A DNA stretch of 64,000 nucleotides from a virus (lineage: Duplodnaviria > Heunggongvirae > Uroviricota > Caudoviricetes): IMG/VR virus record IMGVR_UViG_2693429713_000009. One strand, given 5' to 3'. Every line of letters begins with the position of its first letter. The first letter of the stretch is position 1. Shown one piece after another: positions 8,970-18,252 of the stretch. The notes beneath the pieces were generated by a model. The model worked only from the letters and a program-made list of their open reading frames with translations. It searched no databases and was not told the origin of the DNA. The position numbers and the translations under genes were made by a program.

Positions 8970-9359
8970 TTAAATAACCGGACAATCATCAAACTCCCCA
9001 CTTCGGGCATCATTGATGACATGAGTGATCACACCAAAAACAGCATTACTCCCCGTGCATCCATCGTCATCCACTGGTAACGCCTCTTTCTTCCCAGTGC
9101 TTAAATCCTCCAGGTGCTGGCGCGGATACTTCCGGTATCTCTTTATGCGATATTCACCCTCCATAGCGCAGACAAGTAGCGAACCATCAACCGGAGTAAG
9201 TGAGGAATCGACCACCAGCAAAGCACCCTGCAATATTCCCTCACGGTGATGGCTATCAGCTGCCCGCATGAAGTAGGTTGCTGATGGATGCCTGATTAGT
9301 TGCTGATCAAGAGAAATTCGGCTTTCAACATAATCCGCCGCAGGAGAAGGGAAGCCCAT
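8970..9359 (-). CDS. humD: UmuD'-like protein (HumD-like)
   Basis: 129 aa; UmuD-like core (…PSPAADYVE…HPSATYF…) lacking the cleavable N-terminal arm. Confidence 0.75.
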   Translation of the reverse strand: MGFPSPAADYVESRISLDQQLIRHPSATYFMRAADSHHREGILQGALLVVDSSLTPVDGSLLVCAMEGEYRIKRYRKYPRQHLEDLSTGKKEALPVDDDGCTGSNAVFGVITHVINDARSGEFDDCPVI

Positions 9360-9378
9360 AGCGTTTTCACCTTAATGA

Positions 9379-9398
9379 TACTGTTCATTTATACAGTA
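9379..9398. promoter_or_regulatory. LexA (SOS) box
   Basis: TACTGTTCATTTATACAGTA matches CTGT-N8-ACAG, 20 bp upstream of humD start. Confidence 0.6.
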
Positions 9399-9624
9399 TA
9401 CATTAAAGGGACACCTTTGGTGCAAACGCGTTACGTACATCAACCACCGCTGATGATTTTGTGCTCTTTGCTACTATTCATCACCAACGGATCAGCGTAA
9501 CCAAGCCCAGCATGAAGTAGTTCTGAACCGGATTAGAGAAATGCAAAACGATAATAGAGGCTAAATCGAGGTAGAAAACACATTGTTTAAGGCCACTAAT
9601 TGTGGCCTCAAAGGGGAGAGATGC

Positions 9625-10149
9625 TTATTGGCTATGGCTAAAAATCAAATGAGACACTTCATGTGGTTGTAGCTCGTCAAGATCCGGGGCCACAAAACCT
9701 TTTCCGAAAGACTTCACAAGTAATTCACCAGCCGCATCATTGTCACCTATTACACGAAAGTCATACGGCAGCATCGCAAGTTGACGGCGTAATCCTGCGG
9801 AGAAAGTCGAACCTAACAGCGCCCACGAATTGCCGCCCGCGTTGTGTACAGCTGCGCTCTTAAAAATAGACTCAGTTATCCATATTGGGCCATCTTTTAA
9901 AGGAAGATAGGTTCCCCAAAGTAACTGTCTGCCGTGTGATCGCGTGAAATACCGGGCCATCTTCGGATTGCTATGCTGCTTAGGTGCACCTGGTCTATAT
10001 GTCTGATACCCAGCCAACATCCCATCAAACCTGTAGAGAGGGAATGTAACTACTCCTTCGCTTTCATCGATCCACTGTCTATATGGGTGTATATCATGGC
10101 GGTAGTTGCGAGTTAGCAAATGAGCTTCCAGCTTTCCAAATTTTGTCAT
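9625..10149 (-). CDS. hypothetical protein with Toprim-like motif
   Basis: 174 aa from ATG 10149 (ATGA overlap with upstream gene); …WITESIF…VIGDNDAAG resembles Toprim E…DxD. Confidence 0.35.
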   Translation of the reverse strand: MTKFGKLEAHLLTRNYRHDIHPYRQWIDESEGVVTFPLYRFDGMLAGYQTYRPGAPKQHSNPKMARYFTRSHGRQLLWGTYLPLKDGPIWITESIFKSAAVHNAGGNSWALLGSTFSAGLRRQLAMLPYDFRVIGDNDAAGELLVKSFGKGFVAPDLDELQPHEVSHLIFSHSQ

Positions 10150-10451
10150 ATTCCGTTCTTCCTGCATACTGGGCATGTGTTCTCTGTGAAATATGGGAAA
10201 CTATTATCCAGCTCATCTACCCACTGTTTATGGTCGAAGCAGAAAAATATCTCCCACGGCATTCCATATTCTTCCATCCATAGGCGGATCTGCATTTCTA
10301 TTGGAATCGGCGGTATTGCAGACACCATATCAACAGGATAACAGTTCAGACGACGTTCCAGTTCTTCTACTCTCTTCTGGAGATGAAATATCCGATCCAG
10401 ATGCACACGCCGCTCCCGTGCCATTTTAAAATAAAGCTCGCCGGTCATCAT
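10146..10451 (-). CDS. small Cys/His-rich protein, paralog 1
   Basis: 101 aa; C-terminus FFCFDHKQWVDELDNSFPYFTENTCPVCRK. Confidence 0.5.
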   Translation of the reverse strand: MMTGELYFKMARERRVHLDRIFHLQKRVEELERRLNCYPVDMVSAIPPIPIEMQIRLWMEEYGMPWEIFFCFDHKQWVDELDNSFPYFTENTCPVCRKNGI

Positions 10452-10735
10452 TAACGCCTACATTCAGGGCAAGAGTTCCCTTCTGCAAAATAGGGGAAAC
10501 TGCTATCAAGCTCATCACACCATCCGCGATGGTCGTAGCACCAAAACGCCTCCCACGGCGCACGGAAATACTTCATCCACCAGGACACTCGATCTGGTAT
10601 ATCTGCTGGTGGCAGCTCTTCTGGCAATAATTTGCCTGATAATTCCCTTTCCGCCCGTGCCAGCATTCCTTTTAGACTCGCGTTTTCTTTTTCAAGAATC
10701 TCTACGCGAGCCTGTAACTCAGCTTTCGTTGGCAT
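10451..10735 (-). CDS. small Cys/His-rich protein, paralog 2
   Basis: 95 aa from ATG 10735; coiled-coil segment then FWCYDHRGWCDELDSSFPYFAEGNSCPECRR, clearly paralogous to 10146-10451. Confidence 0.5.
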   Translation of the reverse strand: MPTKAELQARVEILEKENASLKGMLARAERELSGKLLPEELPPADIPDRVSWWMKYFRAPWEAFWCYDHRGWCDELDSSFPYFAEGNSCPECRR

Positions 10736-11483
10736 GGCCCGCCTCATGTTTATCAGCCACCAGCGGCAATAAAGCCTTAGCCATTTCATGAACCAACATG
10801 GCATCAATAACGCCTAGCGTATGGCCTGGCTTAATCTTTAATGCGGCCTCAAGATAGCCTCTTTCCAGAGTGGTTTTTACGCTTTTCCTGGGCGCTTGTT
10901 GGGAACTATCCGGAAGAACCGGATGGTTCCCAGCCTCATAGGCTACCCGCAACCAGTGCATGAATGTTTCCGCAGACACACAGCCGCAGTCCACATCGAT
11001 TTCCCCGCGTTGCTGCTCCAGCCATTGCTCAAAATCTAACTTGTAAGCCTTACTTTCAGGTTCATCACCATTGAACTCGACTTTCTGCGACGCTATGAGA
11101 GCGGCTTCGTACTGTTCGCGAGTGACAACCGATGTAAACGCACTGCGATCAAGGTCACTGATATCGCAAATAATGCCATCAATGGAATAATTCTTTGATG
11201 ATTGGTAATTTTTATGGTGCGTACCAAAAAGAACCATAGCGCGACTACTACCTGGCATCGTAATGGATAGATGGCAAAAATCTTTTCCATCAGGCCATCC
11301 ACGCCCCTTAGATAATTCCTTCACTAACAAGTCAATCAGTGTCATAGCGTTACCATCCTTGCAAGGCGCTAAAGCTATTTTGGCAAGCTCCAATACTTCA
11401 TCTGCTGCGTATCCAGCACTGTGACCATACATTTCGATGCTGGTGATAATCTCTGATATGCGTTTTTTAGTGATTCTTGTCAT
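10719..11483 (-). CDS. hypothetical protein
   Basis: 254 aa from ATG 11483 (ATGA overlap with upstream gene). Confidence 0.5.
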   Translation of the reverse strand: MTRITKKRISEIITSIEMYGHSAGYAADEVLELAKIALAPCKDGNAMTLIDLLVKELSKGRGWPDGKDFCHLSITMPGSSRAMVLFGTHHKNYQSSKNYSIDGIICDISDLDRSAFTSVVTREQYEAALIASQKVEFNGDEPESKAYKLDFEQWLEQQRGEIDVDCGCVSAETFMHWLRVAYEAGNHPVLPDSSQQAPRKSVKTTLERGYLEAALKIKPGHTLGVIDAMLVHEMAKALLPLVADKHEAGHANES

Positions 11484-11689
11484 AGTTTTATTTCCTTGCA
11501 TGGTTCGCCTTTACGGCAAACAGCTACACGGTCATTTCTTACATTAACCACAGTCACCGTTCCGTCATCGCATTGAATAACGATGAAAGGGTGTTCATTC
11601 TCTTTTGTGCAATGTTGCTGTTCTCCAGCCATTGCAGCCGGAGGAGCAAATAGCGCCAGAACAAATGCCAGCCTTAAAAAATGCTTCAT
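11480..11689 (-). CDS. small secreted Cys-containing protein
   Basis: 69 aa; N-terminal signal peptide (…LALFAPPAAMA), 4 Cys in mature part. Confidence 0.45.
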   Translation of the reverse strand: MKHFLRLAFVLALFAPPAAMAGEQQHCTKENEHPFIVIQCDDGTVTVVNVRNDRVAVCRKGEPCKEIKL

Positions 11690-11695
11690 TTGGCC

Positions 11696-11750
11696 TTATC
11701 CGTTATCAAAATTGGAATATCCGTTATCACGAGAGTGATATCCGTTATGA
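11696..11750. repeat. three direct repeats ATCCGTTAT(C/G) at about 22-bp spacing
   Basis: Copies at about 11696, 11718 and 11741, just upstream (minus sense) of the 11689 gene start. Confidence 0.45.
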
Positions 11751-11771
11751 AGTGGGGAATAAGACCACTTA

Positions 11772-11945
11772 TCAATACCCTCCGCCTGACTCAAAGTTGG
11801 CGATAAGCCAGGCTGCGAAAAGAGTAACCCCACTCCAAAAACCACACCCCACCGTACCCCATTTAACACCACCAGCTAATAAAACAAATAAACCGCAAAG
11901 GCATACAAACAAAAAAGTAATCCAAAATTTCTTTCTGTTTTTCAT
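11772..11945 (-). CDS. small hydrophobic membrane protein (57 aa), absent from the ORF track
   Basis: MKNRKKFWITFLFVCLCGLFVLLAGG…; start overlaps stop of upstream gene as TAATG. Confidence 0.35.
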   Translation of the reverse strand: MKNRKKFWITFLFVCLCGLFVLLAGGVKWGTVGCGFWSGVTLFAAWLIANFESGGGY

Positions 11946-12238
11946 TATGGTTGACTCCAGTTATCTTCAATAGCAATGCTCAATCTTTGTAACCATTCTG
12001 CTAATTTCAGCATTGCTTCTCTTTCGCTTAAACCACGCGGAAAATCATCAAGCGCTATTGTTGGCTTGAAGTTCCCAAAATTATCCATTTCAACGGTCAG
12101 ATTTTGCTCCAGCACGGTATTTCTTACGCGACTATTGTGCCGAAGCAAATATACTGAACGTGATTTATTGGTTTTGTGGTCGAACGTATATTCGGTAAGT
12201 ATCATCTGACTTCCGCCATGATTATTACCGCGCCACAT
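11945..12238 (-). CDS. hypothetical protein
   Basis: 97 aa ORF in operon context. Confidence 0.4.
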   Translation of the reverse strand: MWRGNNHGGSQMILTEYTFDHKTNKSRSVYLLRHNSRVRNTVLEQNLTVEMDNFGNFKPTIALDDFPRGLSEREAMLKLAEWLQRLSIAIEDNWSQP

Positions 12239-12261
12239 AATTACTCCGTGTTAATTGAAAT

Positions 12262-12543
12262 TTAGCTATTAATCTTCACTTTTATCGCGAACACCTTTAC
12301 CGGTTTATCACCGAAGTGTGGATGTGTGATTGTTTTTATTTCATATCCGTTATACGGGACGTCAATTCTGCGACTGAAGTCGTCGCGCTTCGGATATCCC
12401 TTTGTGATAATCAGGCGGTCATATTCCCGGAACATGATTCGCTTATTCCAGTAGTCATTACACAGGCGATACTCTTCCGTTTTATCTCCGCGAATCATGG
12501 CATCGAAGTATTCACCTTTGACGGCAAGTTGCAGGTTAGCCAT
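12262..12543 (-). CDS. ASCH/DUF3850-like small protein
   Basis: 93 aa from ATG 12543 (TAATG overlap); …GEYFDAMIRGDKTEEYRL… pattern (from memory). Confidence 0.45.
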   Translation of the reverse strand: MANLQLAVKGEYFDAMIRGDKTEEYRLCNDYWNKRIMFREYDRLIITKGYPKRDDFSRRIDVPYNGYEIKTITHPHFGDKPVKVFAIKVKINS

Positions 12544-12803
12544 TACCGCTCCTCCAGTCTCCATACTGCCTGACCAATCCGGCTGGCATGTTTATCTTTA
12601 GATACTGTTCCGTCTTTAGCAATCTCCATAAGAATTTTGCGCAAATCTGCCGAACGCCATTCTTCATCAGGAAATTCCTTCTCCATTGCCAACCGCAGAT
12701 TCCAGGTTGCTATCGTGAATGGATATTCCCCGCCGAGAGCTTTCTCTTGCAGGGCAGCACGGGAACGTATCACCTGCAATACCTTCTCTTTTACATCCAT
12801 CAT
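12543..12803 (-). CDS. hypothetical protein
   Basis: 86 aa ORF, coupled to neighbours. Confidence 0.5.
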   Translation of the reverse strand: MMDVKEKVLQVIRSRAALQEKALGGEYPFTIATWNLRLAMEKEFPDEEWRSADLRKILMEIAKDGTVSKDKHASRIGQAVWRLEER

Positions 12804-13267
12804 TTTGTCTCCTGCGGCGGTTCTGGTAGCGGCATCCAGTGAGTTGCTTGCTCAATACCATTACCCGGCTTAATCGTTGCATCTCCGCGCCGAAAGGTGC
12901 TTCCGGTATAGCGTGCGGAGCATATTAGCGGTTCAACCAGAGAGCTATCGAAATTCACCGAAATAAGCACGTTCTGGCCCTTTTCAGGCATTCGCTCACT
13001 ACAGCTTATCCAACCATCCGGAGTTACCGAAACTGGCGACGCGGCATATAGTGGTTTAGGCGATATCTCCGCGCGTTTTGCGTATGCTTCAACTGTGTCA
13101 GGGTTAAACAGGATTATGTTTTCACCGCATTCCCACGCTATCGGTTCTGCTTCCAGCGAGGCTAACGCTATTTCATAAGCACGGCGCTCAATATTGTCTC
13201 TCACGTCCAGGCTACCTATGCGCTCTTTGATTTCTTTAATCAGTTCTTTGTCGGTGAAAGTTGTCAT
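12800..13267 (-). CDS. hypothetical protein with DUF551-like C-terminus
   Basis: 155 aa; N-terminal IALASLEAEPIAW shared with 13560-14009; C-terminal …ATHWMPLPEPP. Confidence 0.5.
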   Translation of the reverse strand: MTTFTDKELIKEIKERIGSLDVRDNIERRAYEIALASLEAEPIAWECGENIILFNPDTVEAYAKRAEISPKPLYAASPVSVTPDGWISCSERMPEKGQNVLISVNFDSSLVEPLICSARYTGSTFRRGDATIKPGNGIEQATHWMPLPEPPQETK

Positions 13268-13270
13268 GTG

Positions 13271-13579
13271 TTAGTCCTCATCCACTTCAACGCCATCTTT
13301 CAGCGTGATGCCGTGCCAATCATCAGCCCAACTGGTTAGCCCTGGCGCATCAATGCTAGGCATATAAACGCTTGCAGTGTGGTAGCCCTTATCGTTATCA
13401 ATGCTGGCAACGTGCTCGCCGTTGTATGCGCTCAGCGTGTCCAGGACGCTATAAAACTTTCCTCCGGCTGCCCTGAAATCCTTTACAGCCTTCACAAGGC
13501 GATTCCACGCTTTTTCCTGTTCTGGCGTCAGGTCGATTAATTCCTGCAAAGTTGCCATATCACTCTCCTTTGATGTCAA
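13271..13579 (-). CDS. hypothetical protein (start may be ATG at 13558)
   Basis: 102 aa ORF; 5' end overlaps upstream gene by 20 nt if the first ATG is used. Confidence 0.45.
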   Translation of the reverse strand: MTSKESDMATLQELIDLTPEQEKAWNRLVKAVKDFRAAGGKFYSVLDTLSAYNGEHVASIDNDKGYHTASVYMPSIDAPGLTSWADDWHGITLKDGVEVDED

Positions 13580-14009
13580 TGTTTACAGCTTGGCAAGCCT
13601 CTTTGAGCACCCAGTCAACAGCGTCTTTCCATGCTCCGGTTTCGACTGGCGGATTTTCACGCTTAACCTGTTCATAGAAGCGCACTGCTTTAACCAGTCC
13701 TTCTGATGTCACCGGGACTGGCGGGGCAGTGAATAAGGCCTGAATCTCATAGCTCGGCCTGTCGTTGCAATCCTCTTTTGTCGGTACATATTTCCAGTCA
13801 CCAACCCACGAATCCCCCTGAGAGTCCGTAACACCTTTTTTCACGTAGCGATATCGCCACGCGACTGGCTCTGCTTCCAACGATGCCAGTGCGATACGAA
13901 ACACATTGGCAAGCAGACTGCTTGAAGATTGGTTATCGTGCGCCGGGTCGCTCAGGAAACCAGTGATGAATGATTTAATTTCCGCGTTTTCTCTGGTAAT
14001 AGTGGTCAT
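13560..14009 (-). CDS. hypothetical protein, N-terminal paralog of 12800-13267
   Basis: 149 aa; shares RIALASLEAEPVAW block. Confidence 0.5.
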   Translation of the reverse strand: MTTITRENAEIKSFITGFLSDPAHDNQSSSSLLANVFRIALASLEAEPVAWRYRYVKKGVTDSQGDSWVGDWKYVPTKEDCNDRPSYEIQALFTAPPVPVTSEGLVKAVRFYEQVKRENPPVETGAWKDAVDWVLKEACQAVNIDIKGE

Positions 14010-14266
14010 TTATTAATCCTCAAAACTTTATGCCCGGGCGCAAAAGCACGTGTTTTGTCTTTGCTTATTCGCCAGCCATCCTTGCGCGCCTCTTTTGCAC
14101 AGCCAGCCCATGACGTACCGATATACTCACCGAAGTCTGGCGTTTGATATTTACCATTTGTACACTGGCGACAATCACAGTAGAGATGCATGGTGTAACT
14201 TGCAGCGATAGCCACATCACTCTCCTTTAGTACGCAAGTGGTTTTTCCAGCGGTTTTGCGCCGCAC
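14006..14266 (-). CDS. hypothetical Cys-rich small protein
   Basis: 86 aa; ATGA overlap with upstream gene; start uncertain. Confidence 0.4.
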   Translation of the reverse strand: MRRKTAGKTTCVLKESDVAIAASYTMHLYCDCRQCTNGKYQTPDFGEYIGTSWAGCAKEARKDGWRISKDKTRAFAPGHKVLRINK

Positions 14267-14409
14267 TGGGCTTTTTGCAACAACTGTGACCCATCACCCC
14301 GCAACACCCCGCCAACCTCACTCGTCTGTTACTAATCCTCAACCAGCGCCAGATCCCAACACCGTTTCTGCGAGCTAACAGAATTTTTGCTTTACGGTTT
14401 TTCATCGCT

Positions 14410-15192
14410 TTACTCTTCTTCCTCACGCCCAAGATATGAAAGAGATGTGACTGCTGTTGCATGGAAACCACAAACCTTGCTAAGTGCGCTTTTAAACTCT
14501 TCAAGGTCGGATTGCGATTTGATTCTGAAAGGTGACTGCGCAATCCCGGACATGGTAATGCCACTAACATTGCTCACTGCGTTGTAGTGATATACGTGCC
14601 TATTAGCTGATTGAGTCACGCGTTCCTGTTGGCTGTTTATATTGGCATCCTGCCCTGTGGTGGTCTTCTCCAACTCTTCGATACGTTCAGCCATCGCAGC
14701 ACACTCTTCAAAATTGCTTAATGCTTTCCGCTCCCATTCAGCGCATTGTTTTTTCAGTTCTGCAATGCGCTTCTCTGCGGATTCCAGCGCCGCAACCAAT
14801 TCGTCTACAGTTCCGGAAGCTTGCAGTGCGTAATCGGTAATAGCCATCTCATGATCAATTTCAGTACCGTTCTCATTCGTTGAGGTGATAGCAAAATAAT
14901 CAGAGTCGATTTCGTTATCAGCTAAGTGGCGTAGCGTATCGGCAACAAGCCGGCCGTTTTCGATTAGCAGCTTCCCTACCGTTAGCGCAATATCCTCGTT
15001 CTCCTGGTCACGGCGTTTGATGTATTGCTGGTTCCTTTCCCGTTCTTCCAGAAGCGCCAGCACAATATGTGGCGTTATCAAGGACTTAAATTCGGCAACA
15101 GCTTGCTCGCCTCGCTTGTAATTCTTAATCCCACCTAAATTTTTCGCGTTCTGTGCCGCCTCACGCAGTGCCTGGTAATTAATTTCGCTCAC
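14410..15192 (-). CDS. Ea22/ead-like family protein
   Basis: 260 aa; N-terminus MSEINYQALREAAQNA typical of the family (from memory); coiled-coil middle. Confidence 0.6.
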   Translation of the reverse strand: MSEINYQALREAAQNAKNLGGIKNYKRGEQAVAEFKSLITPHIVLALLEERERNQQYIKRRDQENEDIALTVGKLLIENGRLVADTLRHLADNEIDSDYFAITSTNENGTEIDHEMAITDYALQASGTVDELVAALESAEKRIAELKKQCAEWERKALSNFEECAAMAERIEELEKTTTGQDANINSQQERVTQSANRHVYHYNAVSNVSGITMSGIAQSPFRIKSQSDLEEFKSALSKVCGFHATAVTSLSYLGREEEE

Positions 15193-15637
15193 TGGTTGCC
15201 TCCTTATTAATCAGTTTATACAGGTGCACCACAGTCACAGAGAGTGCATCCATCGCTCGTTTATCCAGGCGCGGGGCCAGAGCAACCAGTTCATTTATTG
15301 CAATCTGAATACGCTGCTCCGCCGCCAGCGTCGCGCGATTGCTCTCCAGTTCTGCAATTCGGCACATGGCATCAATATTTGTGTCTTCCAGGCGCTTAAT
15401 TTCGCCCAGGAGTGCCAGCGCAACTTTTGGTGGGATAGCCGCGATATAACGGGCATTAGCACCAGCATTCCTTTGTCCATCAATGCCAGGCCAGTCAATA
15501 AAGTATCCGCAATGCCTACCTTCAGACGTGCGCGCAGGATAAATGCCGTTATGACCCGGCAAAATATATGCTACCCATTCATCTTGCGTTGCCTGTTCCG
15601 CCGCCTCGCGCAGTTCTTGATAGTTAATTTTGCTCAC
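15179..15637 (-). CDS. Ea22/ead-like family protein
   Basis: 152 aa; MSKINYQELREAAEQATQDEW N-terminus. Confidence 0.6.
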   Translation of the reverse strand: MSKINYQELREAAEQATQDEWVAYILPGHNGIYPARTSEGRHCGYFIDWPGIDGQRNAGANARYIAAIPPKVALALLGEIKRLEDTNIDAMCRIAELESNRATLAAEQRIQIAINELVALAPRLDKRAMDALSVTVVHLYKLINKEATSERN

Positions 15638-15923
15638 TGGTTGCCTCCGCTTCCCACGTTTTCAGACTTTCACCACAGAATGGGCAAAATGAAACTCGAA
15701 TAGGCGATTTAGAAAATTCACCAGACCGCAGCATGATCAGGTCCTGTGAATGAATTAATTCATGGTTATAGACTTTGTATTTCAGCAGGCCTTTTCGCGT
15801 CGTGTATTCAGCATCCTGCTCCAGAGATTGTGCCAGCGCCGCGCACGGTTCTATTTTTCTGCCATTAATCAAACAAGTGGAGATTCTGCACTTTGCAGCT
15901 CCGTCACCGTTACCTTGACTCAT
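15624..15923 (-). CDS. hypothetical protein with C-terminal CPFCG zinc-ribbon-like motif
   Basis: 99 aa ORF. Confidence 0.45.
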   Translation of the reverse strand: MSQGNGDGAAKCRISTCLINGRKIEPCAALAQSLEQDAEYTTRKGLLKYKVYNHELIHSQDLIMLRSGEFSKSPIRVSFCPFCGESLKTWEAEATSEQN

Positions 15924-15936
15924 TGCGTTGTTCCCA

Positions 15937-16932
15937 TCAGTTATTGAACGTGATCACTCCGCGCTCGATGGCGAAGTCGAAAAGCTGGTTAGCGGCTACA
16001 TAAAGGCGTATGCCATGTGCTTTTTCCCATGCCCGGACATCGTTTTCTGCGCTTCTGGCGCAGTCATCGCAAAGAGGAACAGCCCAGCGGTCGTGTTCGT
16101 TTAACGAGCGGGCACGGTACATGAACGGGTGATTAACCTTGCCACCGCAGCCTACACACGGACGAGACACCACAAACCGGAGATAAGCCTGGCTTTTTCC
16201 GAGTAAGGTTTTTGGACGGCGCATATATAGGAGGCCAGAATCCTCATCGACGGACAGATTGACGATCTGCTCTGCGGAAATATCCACCAGCTCGCGGGTA
16301 CTATGCTCCCAGGTAATATCCGACTCTTTCAGAGTGCCGGTAGGGATTTCAGTTTTTGGCTGACAAAATGCAATGCGACCAGCTTCATCAGGCAGTTCGT
16401 CTTTAAGATTCCGGCGAATGGCCCAAAAGGTGAGTTCAACCATGCTCAGATCGCGATCTGGCGGAAGTTTTAACTCGCTGGCAGCCCAGTTCATAATCCA
16501 GTTGGCGCGATTCCGTGACAGTTGGTCTTCCAGCTTGCCGTATCCCTTCATCATGTATTCCGCATCATGCTTCCAGCACAGGCGAACGGCAGAACCGTTA
16601 TAGAAATGGGTGGTTAGCTGGTGGCTGCAATCGCGCTTATCATGCGCCTGGCAATCGTGAATGTTGGTGCTAACCCAGTGAACGAGAGAATCCTCACCAC
16701 CTAACGCGTTAAATACGCGCTCACTTTGAAAAAAGGGTGCCAGTGACTGGTTGGCAACCAGTGAATAATTCAGGTCAACGACACCATCAGGGGTTTTTTC
16801 AGCCTGTTCACGCGGTAATGGGGATATAAGAAAACGGCGTCCTGCGCCGATGTAATTGCTGGTGGGCTTATCTACAGGAAAGACAGCCACACCAGTTTCA
16901 TTTACGACATATGGGGTGATTATTGCACTCAT
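15937..16932 (-). CDS. DUF968-like phage protein with C-terminal CxxC…H…CxxC motif
   Basis: 331 aa; …CVGCGGKVNHPFMYRARSLNEHDRWAVPLCDDCAR… resembles HNH-type zinc motif; family name from memory. Confidence 0.45.
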   Translation of the reverse strand: MSAIITPYVVNETGVAVFPVDKPTSNYIGAGRRFLISPLPREQAEKTPDGVVDLNYSLVANQSLAPFFQSERVFNALGGEDSLVHWVSTNIHDCQAHDKRDCSHQLTTHFYNGSAVRLCWKHDAEYMMKGYGKLEDQLSRNRANWIMNWAASELKLPPDRDLSMVELTFWAIRRNLKDELPDEAGRIAFCQPKTEIPTGTLKESDITWEHSTRELVDISAEQIVNLSVDEDSGLLYMRRPKTLLGKSQAYLRFVVSRPCVGCGGKVNHPFMYRARSLNEHDRWAVPLCDDCARSAENDVRAWEKAHGIRLYVAANQLFDFAIERGVITFNN

Positions 16933-16973
16933 AATGCATACCGACTCTGTTTTGTTCCGATCGGTAAAATAAT

Positions 16974-16990
16974 ATGTTAGAAAACTAAAA
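16974..16990 (+). promoter_or_regulatory. operator-like motif, site C (ATGTTAGAAAACTAAAA)
   Basis: Intergenic, upstream of the 16932 gene start. Confidence 0.4.
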
Positions 16991-17030
16991 TCAATGTTCT
17001 AACGTGATTTTGAGTGCGTAAATGATTTGA

Positions 17031-17723
17031 TCAGACTTTAAGCTGCCCTCCCTTCACCTGCATTAGCGTCAGATTTCCGCAAAAAACCGCGCCCGTGTCT
17101 ATGTAGTGCTGATTCCAGTATGCTTTTGGTCTTCGTACCGGTGTGTGCCCAAAGATAAAGCGATCTGCGCCTGTGATTTCTCCACCAATGCCATCTATCG
17201 AATCACCGACGCGACTGCGCGACCAGACAACATCAAAAAGCGACACATCCTTACCGAACTGGTACTCTCCACCTGGATAGTCGGCATGGGCTATAACGAT
17301 AGTTTCATGCCCGGTGTTCAACTCAATGATATAGGGCAGACGTCTTACCAGCTCCACCAGCGCCCTGGCTAATATTTCCTGATCAGCGTCCAGCATGAAG
17401 AACCATTGTCCGCCATTCATTAGCCAGTTATTCACGTTGCCATCAGGACTTAACGCATCGATCATTAATCGCTCGTGGTTTCCCATAACCGACCGAAACC
17501 AGGGCATCTGCAATAGCTCCAGGCATTCAACATTTTCGGTGCCGCGATCGATAAGGTCGCCAACCGATATCAGTAAATCCTGCGCCGGGTCAAAATCCAC
17601 ACGATGGAGTTCGGACATCAGTCTGGTGTAGCAACCATGCAGATCACCAACAACCCATATGTTTCTGTAGCCAGAACCATCAATACGGCTATATAAATTC
17701 ACTTCATGCATAGCCTGGATCAT
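17031..17723 (-). CDS. Ser/Thr protein phosphatase, lambda PPase family
   Basis: 230 aa from ATG 17723; metallophosphatase motifs GDLHGC, GDLIDRG, GNHE; alignable with lambda PPase. Confidence 0.8.
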   Translation of the reverse strand: MIQAMHEVNLYSRIDGSGYRNIWVVGDLHGCYTRLMSELHRVDFDPAQDLLISVGDLIDRGTENVECLELLQMPWFRSVMGNHERLMIDALSPDGNVNNWLMNGGQWFFMLDADQEILARALVELVRRLPYIIELNTGHETIVIAHADYPGGEYQFGKDVSLFDVVWSRSRVGDSIDGIGGEITGADRFIFGHTPVRRPKAYWNQHYIDTGAVFCGNLTLMQVKGGQLKV

Positions 17724-18031
17724 GCGGCAACCTTCTCCCGCAGCCAGATACAAACTGGACCATCTTCAGTGTCATGGATAGAGCCAACAAACCAGCCTTC
17801 ACCCTCTGGTCGCTCCGGTTCCCAGGCGGCAATATCGGGTCCAGCTGCGTCCAGATCAAAATCATCTTCATCCATACTGCGAATAGTCCACTGAAGATTA
17901 TTTTCCTTCATCCAGGCGTCAAATTCCTCAGTGGAAATATATTCACGACCTGCGCAAAACTTCTCATACTCCGGATGTGTCCAGCAGCCATATTCATCAC
18001 GTTCTACCGGCATTTCTTTAATGATGCTCAC
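17720..18031 (-). CDS. hypothetical protein
   Basis: 103 aa; ATGA coupling. Confidence 0.5.
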   Translation of the reverse strand: MSIIKEMPVERDEYGCWTHPEYEKFCAGREYISTEEFDAWMKENNLQWTIRSMDEDDFDLDAAGPDIAAWEPERPEGEGWFVGSIHDTEDGPVCIWLREKVAA

Positions 18032-18252
18032 TCTTCATCCTCCAAGTCGGCAACGGCCTCCATCACATCAGAACCGCGAATAACCTCAAAAGCACGGCAG
18101 GCCATTTCAAACACCTGTTGTTCTTGCGGATGCGGTGACTCCCAATACTTAAAACCAGGTCGATGCTCGTAACCCATCATGGAATAAAAATCGCCAGCAA
18201 GTTCAATCGCGGCATCAACAAGTTCGCGATTTGTCATCGTCTGTTCTGTCAT
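18028..18252 (-). CDS. hypothetical protein
   Basis: 74 aa; overlapping start/stop with neighbours. Confidence 0.45.
   Translation of the reverse strand: MTEQTMTNRELVDAAIELAGDFYSMMGYEHRPGFKYWESPHPQEQQVFEMACRAFEVIRGSDVMEAVADLEDEE

Noticed and set aside
11605-11973. 122-aa plus-strand ORF
   Set aside because: Antisense to the secreted-peptide gene and the small membrane ORF; Pro/Gln-rich with no ribosome-binding site.
14217-14570. 117-aa minus-strand ORF
   Set aside because: Overlaps two better-supported genes (14006-14266 and 14410-15192) and is out of register with the operon's start/stop coupling.
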